Assembly: GCA_964016885.1 (NCBI GenBank)
Contig: OZ024740.1
Span: 108,500,001 to 108,564,000 of the forward strand
Direction: 5' to 3'
DNA length: 64,000 nt
Origin: Eledone cirrhosa
Taxonomy: Eukaryota
The translations under genes and the position numbers were made by a program. Below are positions 27,601 through 41,728 of this stretch, in pieces. The notes under the pieces were generated by a model that was not told the origin of the DNA, did no database searches, and worked only from the letters and a program-made list of their open reading frames with translations. Numbering within the stretch: position 1 is the stretch's first letter; each line of letters opens with the position of its first letter.

Positions 27601-28065
27601 AAAAGTCACTCTAGTTATGTTGTTGTTTTCTTGTATTGTATAATTGAGAATTATTTGTTGTTCACCAGACATGCAAAAGCAATGACACCACCATTTGAAT
27701 GTTTCAGAATATAAATAATTAGTTTAGGTATTATTTTCATTTCAAGAATTTAATCAGATATTTTCAGGAAAATATACAATATAATTAATATAGGATTAAT
27801 AAGTCATTAAACATTTTTTCTTTTAATTTTGTTTCATTTATTTATTTACTTATTTATTTTAAAAATAATTTCTCTTTGTAATTTCAAAATCTGTGTGTGA
27901 CACTAGCATAGAAAACGTCAATAATACCATTATTTTCTTCAGAGCTTTTTAACTCTCTTCAAAAAGACTATTAAATTCTAAATATTATATAGTTGGTTCC
28001 ACTCAGCCACTTTAAAACAAACAACACTACCTAGCTACTAATTTCTTTTGAAGGATATATATATA

Positions 28066-28135
<70 letters not shown>

Positions 28136-28154
28136 TGTATGTATGTATGTATGT

Positions 28155-29059
28155 ACATCATCATCACTGTTTAATATCCATTTTCCATGCTTGCATGGGT
28201 TGCCCATGTCATGAGACAAGTTTGTGTCATACCTTGTTCAGACTGAACTGTAAATTTGGCTGGGATTTTTACAGTTGAATGTCCTTCCTAACACCAACAA
28301 TCTTTATAGTATGGAACTGGATAGCACTGTTATGAGGAGGGACAGGCCAGTCGGCCGTGCTATACCCTGCTCACAATGGAACCATAGTTTGGGAGCCGAG
28401 TGGTCCCACTATGAGGGAGGTCTGGCCAGTTGGCTGCACCAAGCCTTATACATAGTGGAGCCGTGTTACTGGGTGGTCCTGATATAAACCATGTCTGGCC
28501 AGATGGTTGCCCCGTACCTTGCACAATGTCAGAACTGTTACTGTGTTTTGGGATCTGAGTGGTCCCATCATGAGGAAGGTCTGGCCAGTTGGCCGTACCA
28601 AGCCTTACTCATAGTGAAGCCCTGGGATACACTGTTATGAGGAGAGTCTTGCCAAGTTGGCCACGCCATACCCTGCTCACATCGGAACCATAATTTGGGA
28701 TCCGGGTGGTCCTACTATGAGGGAGGTTGGGCCAGTTGGCCACATCAAGCCTTACTCATAAAGGAGACATGTTACTGGGTGGTCCTACCATCAACCACGT
28801 TTACAGTGTGAAGCTGGGTGGCACCATTATGAGCAGGGCCTGGGGCTGGGTTGTCAACATGGGTCTTTTGTTGTATGTTGTAGCGCCAGAGGTCTTGTCT
28901 TGTGTCATCTCTGTTGGAAGATTCAGCTGAGTCAAATCAGCCTTTATTGTTTCATCATACATCTTCCTGGGTCTTCCTCTTTCAGGCCGTCCTACAACCT
29001 CAAGTGCCCTGCACCTTTTTATACAATTGTCATCCTTCATGTGCATTACATGTCCATGC

Positions 29060-29060
<1 letters not shown>
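28155..29060 (-). mobile_element. RTE 3' fragment with internally duplicated 3' UTR
   Basis: HMKDDNCIKRCRALEVVGRPERGRPRK C-terminus; repeated GTGGTCCCACTATGAGGGAGG..CCAAGCCTTA blocks at about 28400, 28558, 28705. Confidence 0.85.
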
Positions 29061-29099
<39 letters not shown>

Positions 29100-29100
<1 letters not shown>

Positions 29101-30475
29101 AAAGGAAAACACAAATAACAACACAATCGGTACAGTATATGGAAGGAATATATTAGGTTAACGCTTGATATAGCAGACAGAGAGTCTTAACGTTTCGGAC
29201 GCTAGTCCTTCATCAGAAGAAAGAATGAGAAATAAGATAGAATGAGAGGACGAGCGGGTTGAAATTGGAAAAAATGTCTTTAGATCAAAATAACAGGTCC
29301 ATTCATGTTGACTTCTCTTGCAAAACTGTTGGTACTGGCGTTTTGTGTATGATTTATTTTTTAGAAAACTGGATGATGGAGTGCGTCTACCTGAAATGGA
29401 AAAAAAAAACGTTTTGTAAAAAGAGCTATACTTGTGCACGTGCATAAGTGTGTGTGTGTGTGTGTGTTATACATCCGTACGAAGCTAAGAAGAAATGTGT
29501 GTATATGTGAGCAAAAGTATGTCGATATAAGGGTGCATATGTGAGTATACAGAGCAGTGAAGGAAAAAGTGGAGTGAGCATATATAGTCGGCTTGTATTA
29601 GTTGTAACAGAAGATGATCAAGAGAAAGCGATAGCAATCTAGGAGTGCGATAATGGATGGGGTATTAGAGAAATTGGGGAGGTGAGTTGAGTCCAAGAGG
29701 GGAATAGGACCCAAGGCGGTGAATCAGACTTTGTTCAGTCCTGGTGCGCGAGGCCTATGATCCATGATGTAAAAGGACACCCAGGGCTGAAACATGTAGG
29801 GAAGAATGACCAGGAGAACAGAAATGACGGGCGATAGGAGTATCCAAACTGAGTCGTATGTCCCTCAAATGCTCGGCAAAACAGTCCATACGCCGTCCCG
29901 TTTGTTAAATATAAAAAGACCCGCAAAGGGAACATCAGAGGGCATAGACAACGTGGGTGGATGTGCAGGTGAAGGAGTGGCGGATAGGGAAAGACCCGTT
30001 AAGGCCTGTAAGAGTGGTGAGGGTGGAAATGAAGGGACAAGTGTTGCAGCAGGAACGGGAACAAGAATGAGAGTCGGGTGGAGTCGTGGGAGAGGACGAG
30101 AAGGAACTGCGAACCAAGAGGTTGCGGGCGCGCTTAAAAGCAGTAATGGGTCGGTTTGGAAAAAAGTGAGAAGTGATGGGGTCAGAAGAGAGGATGCGGA
30201 AGGAACGGAGGATATGTCGCCGGAGTGGTAGGGTGATGGGGTGGTAGGTGAGAGGGAAAGGAACATGGGTGTTGGGAGGGCGGGGATGAGGTGAGAGGGC
30301 TGTGGTGCGGTCTGTTTCACGGTTGCGGGTGAGAGCAGCTTGGATCGGGGGGGGGCGGAGGGATATCCACTCTGGATGAAGCAAGAAGCCATGCAAAAGG
30401 AATGGGTTTCGAAATCGTCGTCCTGGCTACAGAGCCGACGAAGACGGAAGAATTGGGAAAATATGTGTATTTTGA
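29100..30475 (-). mobile_element. Penelope-like element, Neptune-type, 5'-truncated and degenerate
   Basis: FSQFFRLRRLCS..GYP thumb, LTYHP, AFKRARNL, C..C.TC knuckle, FTCTSTHVVYAL*C..C..LYI*QT GIY-YIG, EHLRDI; hammerhead in the 3' region. Confidence 0.85.
29185..29220 (-). ncRNA. minimal type I hammerhead ribozyme
   Basis: TCTT-CTGATGA-A-GGAC-TAGC-GTCC-GAAA-CG-TT-AAGA; palindromic AACGTT helix III. Confidence 0.9.
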
Positions 30476-31834
30476 GCAATGAAAACAAAACAAAAGTCAG
30501 ATATAGGCTGTTAAGTATACTTCATTGTTTTACGATCATTTCAGAGGGCTGACTGATCATGATGAATCTACCACTACAATGCTGCATTGAGTTCTATCAA
30601 CATTATCTGCCCCAGTGTGGAAAAATAGACGTTAAATGGTGATGATGATATATATATGGTTGTTTTATGGGTTTGTGTAGTAAACACATGAAACATATAC
30701 TGAATTAAGGACACATATGCTCTATACAAAGTCAAAATAATATTTGTTATTAATGGGGACTGCTTACTTAGGTACACTCTATCCCTGTGTCATAATTAAA
30801 GAGGTTATTGTCAGGAAGAGCATCCATCAGTAAAAATATTGCCTCAAAAAGAATCCCATGATCAATATGAAATCTGTTATGGGGTGCACAAAACTAACCT
30901 CTGCTTTAACAGGGAAAATGGCTTTCAAATGCTTGTGGTTGTTGTTGATGTTCTTGTAGTTGTTGTAGTCATGGTTGTTGTTGTTTATATTGAAGTTTTG
31001 CTGAAGTTTCTGGCTTATCAAAACAGAACATTTTGATCAGCTAGTAACTTCAGTAAAATTTCTAACTAAACAGTCACTATTAAAAATAAGTATTATATCA
31101 TCATTATTGTTTTATATTCGTTTCCATGTTGGCATGTGTTGAGTGGGTTGACACAGACTAAGAATAGACAGGTACAGAGCATCATATCTCACTTTTACAT
31201 TCCATTTTGGCATGTTTCTATGGCTGGATGCTCTACCTAATGCTAACTACTTTACAGACTGTACTGGGTGCCTTTTATTATAGCACCTACACTAAAGAGG
31301 TCATTTACTTGGCAAGACTGAAGAGTCTTCTTTATCACATATCCACACACACATATAAAGAAAGAGAAAAGGAGAGAGAGAGTGCAAATAGAATGGAATG
31401 TTATGTTAGCTACATTTTCCCCAAAGGCATTATCTGTGCAAATGCAGTAAAAGAGACCACAACTATAATTAAAAGCTGCTCTGAAATAACATTAGCTGAG
31501 GATTTGTCTATTTTCAATCCTACTATCTTTAACCTTTTCCTTGCTATATTTCTAATGAAATAACACGCCTATTTCAATTAATTCATGAAAAATTCAGGAT
31601 GATTTACTAAAATTATTCACTATTTCTGAACTAAGATAATAACTTAACATATGCTAGCGTGGAAGATGGACGTTAAATGAAGATGATGATGATGATGGTT
31701 CTTATATAAAATTATATCAGAAGATTTTAATTTAAATAGGAACACTTTTAAATGGGTGGGGTTTTTTTGTTTGTTTTTTCATAGAGGCAGGGGTGGTTTG
31801 GGGTGAGTTGGTATCAAAATGGTTAAAGTTTAAA

Positions 31835-32032
31835 TACGAGGGCCAGCTGAAAGGTTCATAGGCTGACCAAGATACTCTCATGGAATGACCAAATGAGGTT
31901 TATTTTTCAACATAGTCCATGGAAAGAAAAAATGCAGTTATTCATAAGAATTGAAATTAATGCATGCAAGATTTCACAGCACTAGCATCACTCCTTCATA
32001 GTCAGCCTATGAACTTTTCAGCTGACCCTCGT
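31835..32032. mobile_element. mariner-type MITE
   Basis: TACGAGGGCCAGCTGAAAGGTTCATAGGCTGAC ... GTCAGCCTATGAACTTTTCAGCTGACCCTCGT ~32-bp TIRs. Confidence 0.85.
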
Positions 32033-35000
32033 CAAACTATGATAATTGGTTTCACCCTAAAGAATTATTGACTTGTGCCTTCAATTAAGCTATATATAAA
32101 CCTGGTTAAATAATTAATATTTCTGTAATTCTCATTCAAAAATAATAAATTGATAAATTTAGGAATTTTGTAATAATTAAGTAAAGTAATTACTATTACC
32201 TTCATTAATTATAATTAATTTTTTTAGAACAATACTTACTGCTTCAAGAAATTCCTGGTTTCTAATTAAGGCATAAGGCTAGTAATGTGAGGAGAGGAGA
32301 AAAACTGCTTCAATTAACTCCAGTACATAGCTTTATTGATCTCCAGAAGGATAAAAGGCAAAGTTGACCTTGGTGGGATTTGAACTCAGAATGTAAAGAG
32401 TCAGAACAAATACCACAAAAAGCATTTTATCTAATGCTCTAACAATTCTGCCAATCCACAAAAATAAATAAATAATAATAATTGTTTCTACTTTTGGCAC
32501 AAGGCCAACAATTATCCCAGTGTATTACTGGTACTTTATTTTATCGACCCCCGTAAGGATGAAAGGCAAAGTTAACCTCGGCGGGATTTGAACTCAGACC
32601 GTAAAGGGACGTAACTATGCTGGAAAGCATGGCGTCCGACTCTCTACCGATACTGCCAATCCACCCCTGATAATAATAATAGTAAATCACCAACATTATC
32701 ATCATTATCATCACCATCAGTTTTACATCCGTTTTTACCCAGCTGACATTAATTATACATAACTTTTTCAGACAAAAGTTTTACAGGTGGATGTCCTGCC
32801 CTCCCTGATGCCAACCCTCACAATTTTCCAACAATCTATCTATTAATAAACCATTATTGGTCTTATTGTAGTTGTTGTTGTTACCATCATCATTGTAGTG
32901 AGTGTTGCTGTTATTATTGTTGTTGTGGTCTTTGTAGTTGTTGTTTTTGTTGTTCTTTTGTGTTGTTGTTGTTGCTGTTGTCATATTATTTGTTGTGTGA
33001 TTATCATATAAGTAACTTATTTAACATCAATATTGAAACATAAGGTGGAGATTTGGCAGTCGTTAAGATGTCAGATATTTCTTGATATTTCTTCTGGTTT
33101 TCTTTTCAAATCTTGCCAAGGTTAATTTTGTCATTTTTTCAAGGTTGATAAATAAAGTGCCAGTCCAGTACTGGAGTCAAGTCTTCCTCTATCTCTATCT
33201 CTCCCTGGAAGAAATCGGCTGTATTCCACTTGGAGGGGAATGGGTTCCACCAAGTTTTAAATGCCCCAAACACGCCTTGCATCAAGCCAGCATCTTTACA
33301 ACTCTACCAGGAGTTAAGTGTCTTTTACCATTACTTTTTATATTGAAAAATACTAACAAGTCAATAAAATGGCCTCAATATGGTCATTCAATCTGCTGAA
33401 AATTGAAGCAAAATCTCCTTCACATTGCTTTCTGCCATGTTGGGAAAAAAATACACAGGATAATATGATACTGACTACACAATCCATAAAACCAAGATAG
33501 GAGGATCATGGCTGGAATGTTTTTGATCATAGGTCTGACCTGGGGCTAAACAATAATAACAACACTGATGTTTGGAGTGTAAAGGTGAATGCCATGGCCA
33601 AATGGTTAAGAAGTTCAATTGTGCAATCAAGATGTCTTGAGTTCTATTCTTATGTATGGCATCTTGAGCAAGTCTCTTTTATCATAACTTCTGGTCAATC
33701 CAAGGGAAATTGAGTTGATGGAAATTGTGTGGAAACCCATCAGATGGACTGTACATGTATTGAAAAGTCCAGCCTTGTCACACATTGTGTCATGCTGACT
33801 CTCTACCTAAGAATTGTATTATGGGCTCACCTATTTGTGGAATATTCAGCCACACATGTAACGATATCTTTTATTTTGATGTAGCACGAGAGATGAGTTA
33901 GCTCTGTTGGTACTGTGGTTCGTTGTTCACTTTATTGTGGCAGGTGTTGTAGTAATAATGTTGTTGGCTTGATGGGTGATTATGTATAAGGTAGGCCTGT
34001 CATAAAGCACTGTGTGAAATTTCGTTGAATGAACAAATAAAACATGATCACTACTTAAATATATTTATTAATTTAATAACCTGCTTTGTGGCTATTATTG
34101 ACAATGTAAGAAAACAAGGCTTACGTTGTTGGGGGTGTATGCATGTATGCAATGATTCAAAAGATGTTATTTACTGTACTTCTGTAACACGATGAATATC
34201 GTTGGCCTGGCAGCGAGGGAGACCAAGAGAGAGAGTGAGAGACCCTAAGGGTGTGAGTGAGACAGTGGACTACATCTTAACTGCTCAGTATCAACTCTGC
34301 AAGTGTCCCTTTGACTCTGGAAGCTCGCTATTTATCCCTATCGCTCATTCTGTCTCCAGAATACAGGAACAAGCAGATGACCGTTTGCTATGTCAAAATC
34401 TCAGATATATTGGCAACTAAAAACCATTCACAATAGAAACTTAGCTATGATGTCACCAATGATCAACTTAATGGTGGCCGCTTGATAGTGTAAAAGAAAC
34501 TCTATTGAGGAGTGTATCAAATTACTTCTACACATATACTATAATTTAACAAGTAGGTAGTACAGTTGAATGCTCATTGTCAAAATCATGAGAGGATCAA
34601 TCACCAAGTCTTGTGAACCAGGCTACGCTAATGTTATCTTACTTGGATGTCATTTGATAAAGTAAATGTCGTGTTTATTTAAACAAAGATCTAAAAGATT
34701 GTTTAAATAGTACATTGAAGGTGAAATAGATAAGCATAATCTAGAATTGCCGGATTTAACTGGAAATCTTGAATTATTGGAAAAAACAGAATCAACCCTT
34801 GAATCTCATTACTATCATCATCATTACTATTACTGTTTAACATCTACCTTACATACTTACACGGTTTAGGCAGATTGTCACTTACTAAGTCTAGACTTGT
34901 CAAGATGACCATGATAAATTATTGTTTCTACTTTTTGCACAGAGCCAGCAATTACCCCAGTGCGTTACAGGTGATTTATTTTATCGACCCCATAAGGATC

Positions 35001-35899
35001 AAAGGCAAAGATAACCTCGGCTGGATTTGAACTCAGATCGTAAAGGGCCGTAACATGGCGTCCGACTCTCTACCGATACTGCCAATCCACCCCTGATAAT
35101 AATAATAGTAAATCACCAACATTAGTGGCAGTAAACTATAGTAATGTCACTCTGATATTACATGCTTATTCTATTTCCTGCGTAGCTGTGCTAACTGGGA
35201 AGTGTGTGTGTGTGTGCCTATATGTATGTGCTTAAGTATAATGTGTCAGTGTGTGTGTGTCGGTAAGTATAATGTGTGTGTGTGTGTGTATATCTGTCAT
35301 GTGTGTATGTGATGCATATATGGTGCAGTTCTATTTGTGTTTCGAGGGTGTTTCTGAGAATAATGTGTATGTGTGAAATGAGTGTATATATGTGCTTAAG
35401 TATAATGTGTCCGTGTGTGTATATGATACAGCTGTGTATGTGTTTCGTGTGTGTTTGTGAGTATAATGTGTATGTGTGGAATGAGTGCATGATGTGTGTG
35501 TGCAACCTCAACAATGTGATATCAATGCAGCTGCAGTTGGTGTTGTAACTTCAACTAGAACGCAGCAGAAGGAACCTCAGTCTGACACTAATATACTTGA
35601 GACACCTGAAACGATTCTTTAAAATTACTGAATATATTCATGTATAAATCGCGTCGGTAGAGAAGTTGAACTTGTATATATATATATATATACACACATA
35701 TATATATGTGTGTGTAATAGTTGTATTAATATCATGTTTATGATAATATTCAGTTTGATAATGCTTTAAATCTTTAGTATTTCTGAAATTAATATATATA
35801 TATATATATATATACAAGCCAGAATCAGTTCCCGTCCCACCCTTGCAAGCAGGGAAAAGCGGACGTAAAATGATGATGATGATGATGATGATATATATA

Positions 35900-36030
35900 T
35901 TTGATGATCCTGCGAGGTGCAGGTGAAATTACAGAATAACAAGAGTCACTGCTTAGCCATAATAAATAAATATTTAAACTCTACTTCGGTATTGAGTACT
36001 CTTTTCTTTCGCCCGTCAACTACATAAGTA
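35900..36030 (+). mobile_element. short PLE-derived hammerhead/tail unit (5'-clipped)
   Basis: TGATGA-T-CCTGC-GAGGT-GCAGG-T-GAAA-TT-ACAG-AA-TA, then AATAAA and a bulged hairpin with a TTCG loop. Confidence 0.75.
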
Positions 36031-36279
36031 TGTGTATATATATATATTATATGTATGTGTGAGTAGTAAACCACCCTGCTCAATCATTTCTATTGCAACC
36101 AGGCTGGTAGACAAGAGCAATCGTCAAATACTGTATATACTTGTGTATAAGTTGTACTGGTAGATAGGTCAGACCTCCATTTTACATACACTTGCGATAT
36201 ACCATATATTTTAAATTGAGTTTTTTTTAAGTTCAGTAATGGTTTTTCAAGTATTTTTGTGAGAGAGAAAAATATATAT

Positions 36280-36400
36280 ATAACTGTATGTAGCTTACGA
36301 ACGAGAGAAAAAAGTACTCAATACCGAAGTAGATTTAAATATTCATTTATTATGGCTAAATAGTGAGTTTTGTTACTCTGGAGTTTCACCTGCACACTCC
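36280..36400 (-). mobile_element. second copy of the 35900 unit, opposite strand
   Basis: Minus: TGCAGGT-GAAA-CTC-CA-GAG-TA ... CTACTTCGGTATTGAGTAC. Confidence 0.75.
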
Positions 36401-36544
36401 CAATTTTACATATAGCATTTTCAATGCACTATATAATCATCATCATCATCATTTTACGTCCACTTTTCCCTGCTTGCAAGGGTGGGACGGGAACTGATTT
36501 TGGCTTGATTTCTACAGCTGGATGCCCTTCCTAACAGTGAAAGA

Positions 36545-36652
36545 AATGGAGAGAGGAGGGACAAACACTACATTCCCGTCTGGGCGGTGCTTCAATCGCC
36601 CCCCGCGAACAAAATGGCAAAGGCATTACCGCGGAGAATGGCCAGATACACC
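36545..36652 (-). mobile_element. CRE-like retrotransposon extreme 3' fragment
   Basis: Translates VYLAILRGNAFAILFAGGD*, the same C-terminal motif as 57770-57830. Confidence 0.7.
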
Positions 36653-37239
36653 TTATGTAAGAACTTCAGTCAGATAATTGAGAAATATTTTTAACAACAT
36701 AAATTACGAAATACACAATACATTATATAACATATTTACGTTATAGTAATAACTCTCAAACGGGAGGCACTTGACTCCCAAATGAGGAATTTTAGCCGTG
36801 GGAGAGATTGGGGAGGAATCCAAATTGGAAAAAAATTCAATTTGGGATTCTATAATTGTTGATGTTTGTAAAGCTTGCTCATCATGTTAATATGGTGCTC
36901 AATTACTAGATGACAGGGAACAACTGCGTTATAATAACAATAAGAAAATATTTCTCTTATTCAATATCCGCCAAATAAACTCCTGCAAATATGCAACAAA
37001 TTATCAGATGTCCCAATGAAAGTAAAATAATAATGAAGCAATTTGAATACAGCATACGAAACTAATGTACTGATATTTATCCATCAATTATGAATTCACT
37101 TTCATTTTCAATATAATGATACACCATGTGCGTGTGTGTTTGTATATATATATATTCTGAAATATGTATAATAAAATATACTTGATCACAAGAATATCTA
37201 TTTTGTTAATATTTTGAATTAATATATATATATATATAT

Positions 37240-37385
37240 TTAGGAAAAGAGTCAGGACCCCCGACAGCTGAGCTTCAGCCGTTTTGACAGCTAGATCCGA
37301 ACTATTACCCACTCTACTACCCTAAGTATTGAGTACTCTGGTGCGTTATGGTCCACTTAGTATCTTACCACACCCTCTTTGTTAC
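37240..37385 (+). mobile_element. short PLE 3'-tail fragment
   Basis: Matches 3228-3310, including the bulged hairpin at 37311-37334. Confidence 0.6.
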
Positions 37386-38738
37386 ACACACACACACACA
37401 TATATAGCCTGTAACTCTTAAAAATGTATACAAACAATGCATTTCCTCTATGTGTCATGTTGCTGAATAACTTTGCTTTCCAATCACAAGGTTTTGGCTT
37501 CTAACCCTACATTTGTTCATGTAAATAGATATTTTCCAAAGTTACTCACGTTATCAATCGGGCCCTGGCTCGAATCAATATCCCCTCAATTCTAGAGCCA
37601 GTTGTATTTTCCAGGTTTGATGGGGAAAGGGTCAGATGGTTTTCCCCTTTGACTTTTAGCAAGAGCCAGATGTTTTAATTCTGCATAGTATTATTCATTA
37701 AGGAAAAAGAATTGCAATATAATAGTTACTCATACATTTATAAAATTATATCCTAGAAATAAATCATTATAATACAGGGGCGGAGGAATTGGCAGTCCCC
37801 GCCCCTCCCCAATATTATATTTTTCTCCCCAAACTACCAAAACACACATCTATTTGTAAATGCGCTACAATTTATGTATGTTCTGTTTATCGTACGTATA
37901 TCGAAGTTTTTTTTATATCTTGGCTGATATTTAATAATGGTTTCTACTTTTGGCACAAGGCCAGCAATTACTCAGTGCATTACTGGTACTTTATTTTATC
38001 CACCCCGTAAGGATGAAAGGCGAAGTTAACTTCGACGGAATTTGAACTTAGAATGGCAAGGGCCATTGATATTTGATAACAGCTAAACTAATCACTACAA
38101 CTAAATAAATTGACCAAATTTGCCCCCCCCCCCCTAATTCAGAAAGGCTTCCACTTTGTAATATCATTATTTTATATCTTTAATCACTAGCACGTGTCAG
38201 TAGTCAAAATAAACTATAGGGTTTCTCTTATGCAAACCATTAATTTATCAAAAAACAAATTTCCCAATTTGTATGATCGTTTATATATCCAGTAATCCTG
38301 GTATATATGACATACAAATCCTGGACTCTAAAAATTAAATGCTTTCAATAATATTGCTGTCATTATTGAGAGCACTGGTCCACTAGTAAGTTATGTTAAA
38401 TTTAAAAAGCTAATGGTGTGCCATAATACATTTAGCGCCTTCTTCAGTTGGCAGTGAATGGAAAAGTCTAAAAATTGCTGTTCTAAACATGGTAGACCAG
38501 TTCAACCGATTTCAAAGACACAGATGAAGAATTAAGAACCAGGGATGCAAAGTAAAGAAAGATATATGTTTATCCTACGACCCCAATAAAACGAAGGAAG
38601 ATTTATGAAGCTCAGAATAACATTTGTATCATTTTATGTATTTGTTTATAAACACAGACATACACAGCGCATAAACACACACACACATATAGGGATGCAA
38701 TTAAGTTTGTTTGTGTTGTGGATATATATATATATATT

Positions 38739-39304
38739 GGCATAGGTTAAGTTTAACGTCCGAGATAATGAAAGTATATTTTCTGACAAGTGAATGTGTT
38801 TTTTTTTTTTTTTTACAGTGACAATTACGATACAGTTTGTTTATTTACAACAGGTCTCTATAGTGATATGGTGTTAATTAGTATTGCTTGTGTGATTATT
38901 TTTTATTTTTATTTTTTTGTGTATTGTGTGTACGGAAAATGACATTGTGTGTTGAAAGAAAGAATTTTTTTTTAAATAACTACATAGTTAGACGGTCTAA
39001 TAAGGATGTTGATAAGGTACGTCAATTTATATGTTATATGCAACAAACGTCTAACTATGTAGTTATTTAAAAAAAATTTCTTTCTTTCAACACACAATGT
39101 CATTTTCCGTACACACAATACACAAAAAAAGAAAAAGAAAAAAATAATCACACACACAATACTAATTAACACCATATCACTATAGAGACCTGTTGTAAAT
39201 AAACAAACTGTATCGTAATTGTCACTGTAAAAAAAACAAACAAACACATTCACTTGTCAGAAAATATACTTTCATTATCTCGGACGTTAAACTTAACCTA
39301 TGCC
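38739..39304. repeat. long fold-back inverted repeat (~250-bp arms, ~50-bp spacer) flanked by (TA)n
   Basis: GGCATAGGTTAAGTTTAACGTCCGAG... / ...CTCGGACGTTAAACTTAACCTATGCC. Confidence 0.9.
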
Positions 39305-39499
39305 TATATATATATATATATATGCATACTAGATTTTTTTTTAGCAGTCTATCAGCTGAAAGTTTTATTTTTTGATATATACAATACGTAATTGATACTT
39401 CTTACAGAATGGAAATATAAACTCATAATAAATACTATTAATTATTACTAGGGACCTTATATGATCAAAGCAAAAAAAAAAAAAAATACTTCAATTCAC

Positions 39500-40710
39500 A
39501 ACCAGGTGCGTCAATCGGTCACACACCACAAGGGTCAACGGAAATTTTTAAGGCAAGCTCGCAGCGTTGCCGTGGGTGATGGCGAGGCTAAGGCGCTGAA
39601 ACAACCAGGCAAGCGAGCCGCAAACGACGACAAGAACTTCGCTGTCAGCGTCCTAACTCCACCAACGCCACAAGCTTGTCAAAATAGCTATTTGAGAGAT
39701 CCCGGAATTTTTTAAGATTTTATTCCATTCGGCAACGGAAGCAGTGACCCTCACATTCACCGCGTCATCCATGATGTGGGAGGGAGCAAAAGAGTTATTG
39801 ACTGTGGTGTCCCAGATTAGACACCTAGATCTTACCCAGGGACAAAGGGTAAGACCATCTGGTCTCTTCCCATCAATTCTGAATAATCCAGCCGACGCCA
39901 AAACTGAGTGGATATTTACCCGAGCTAGGGCCCGCTAAAATGATTATGTTTAGCTCGGTATGACAGGCTAAGCGAATAGCATTCAGGCGGCCTATGGAGT
40001 TGAGGAACCTACCACAGAGACATCTCAGACCCCCTATAGACACCGGCTCCCCCTCGGAATGCAATGGAGATGCGGAGCTCGTCCAGACTGAGAAGACCAC
40101 CAATGTTGGCCACAGGCTGGGCATCAACCTAATTAACTGAGAATTTTGCGCTTGCAGAAGAAAGTAAGCGGCACCTTGAAAATTGAGCAGCTTGATCAAA
40201 GAAAGGGTTGAAGGAGTCGCTCAAATACAGATTGTCCCATATTCTCTGCTTCCGTCTATCATCGTCACCTACTAAACGGGAGGAAGCGTGGATGGAGGAA
40301 AGAAAGCAAAATAGAGACAGAGACGAGCATTTACTCAAACCGAGACCGCCAAACCGTTTGGGCAAGGCAGCATGGTCGCGGGACTCTGGAGAGAGTCTGG
40401 CATTGACCAAGTCCTCAAGTTCACTAAAGATTAAGTCGCCAAAGCGCTGGACAGACGACGAAAATCTGTAAGAGGAAGTAACTTTGAGAAAAGACAACTT
40501 AGGAATCAATAAGTAATTCCACAGTATAAAAAAAAACTTGGTGAGGCTCAATAACTTCGAGGTTTTTTAAAAATTGCTTGAGGTTAGCCAACTTTGATCG
40601 AAAGATGAACTCGAAGGGTTGGTCAGTAATGGGACTCTAAGGGAGCACAACACCGACGAGGGAGGAACTGCAATAGAGGGGAAGGAGTCTGTAAAGAGGT
40701 TAACAGTGGG

Positions 40711-40713
<3 letters not shown>
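39500..40713 (-). mobile_element. degenerate CRE-clade non-LTR retrotransposon (thumb plus restriction-like endonuclease)
   Basis: AALPKRFGGLG, DGKRPDGLTLCPW, LIWDTTV, QRLSLAITHGNA motifs; frameshifted; different family from the 51-58 kb copies. Confidence 0.85.
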
Positions 40714-40753
<40 letters not shown>

Positions 40754-40801
40754 TATACAATGATATTAAATAAATGGAAACTATATTTATAAAACCATAT
40801 T

Positions 40802-40865
40802 TATTTTATTATATATATTTCAAGGGCAACCAAACAACATTGGTACGCTTTCATCAGATAAAATA
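40802..40865 (-). ncRNA. type I hammerhead ribozyme
   Basis: TATTTTAT-CTGATGA-AAGCGTACCAA..TTGGTTGCCCTT-GAAA-TATATA-TA-ATAAAATA. Confidence 0.85.
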
Positions 40866-41543
40866 CAAAGTTTGTTTTATAAATAGAGACGTACCCATGA
40901 AAATCATACCTTATCGGTTGGAAATTCACTGGATAGTGGAAATATATTAGGGATTATTCAAACTTATGTGTGAATATGCAAATGAATATGTAAATAATTG
41001 AAAAACAACCGTTTATTTAAATGACACTGGAGAAAGAGAGAGAAAGAGAGAGAGAAAAAAATAATATTACGAGAGAGATAGAGAGAAGAAATTAAAATTA
41101 AGTAATTTTTAAAAATATATGAAAAATTTAAGAAATAAAAAATAAAGAATTAAAAAAAAAATTATTAAAATTAAAATTTAAATTAAAAATTTAAATTTTA
41201 AAATTTAAAAGTTAGGATCATATATGTATATATTTTAAGAAATTTTAAGAAGTGAAATTATAGCAAATATAGATATGATTTAGAGATAACAAGAGTGGAT
41301 AAGATTGTTATGGAAATAAGTAGAAATATTATAAGTGTAATTATAATTTATATATAGTTCTAAACGTTGAAATTAGGCGATGTTTACAAGAACTAAATAA
41401 ATTCGTACGTACATTAATAGAGTTCTTACATTTAATTATGAAGAAAATTTCCTCAACACACAATTTGCAAAATCTAGATAAAGCTGTGTTTCGGTGATGA
41501 TATTCTGCTTTTAATTGAAAATCATAGTAATTGTGAAATTAAT

Positions 41544-41728
41544 TGTTTCTACTTTAGGCACAAGGCCAGCAAATTACTCAGTGCATTACTGGTACTTTAT
41601 TTTATCGACCCCATAAGGATGAAAGGCAAAGTCAACCTCGGCGGGATTTGAACTCAGATTGTAAAGGGACGTAACTATGCTGGAAAGCATGGCGTCCGAC
41701 CCTCTACCGATACTGCCAATCCACCGCA
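41544..41728 (-). mobile_element. tRNA-derived SINE inserted in the PLE RT
   Basis: 20-bp target duplication ATAGTAATTGTGAAATTAAT at 41524-41543 and 41729-41748. Confidence 0.92.

Noticed and set aside
33858-34531. Possible solo LTR (TG...CA)
   Set aside because: No convincing target duplication, PBS, PPT or second copy in the window.
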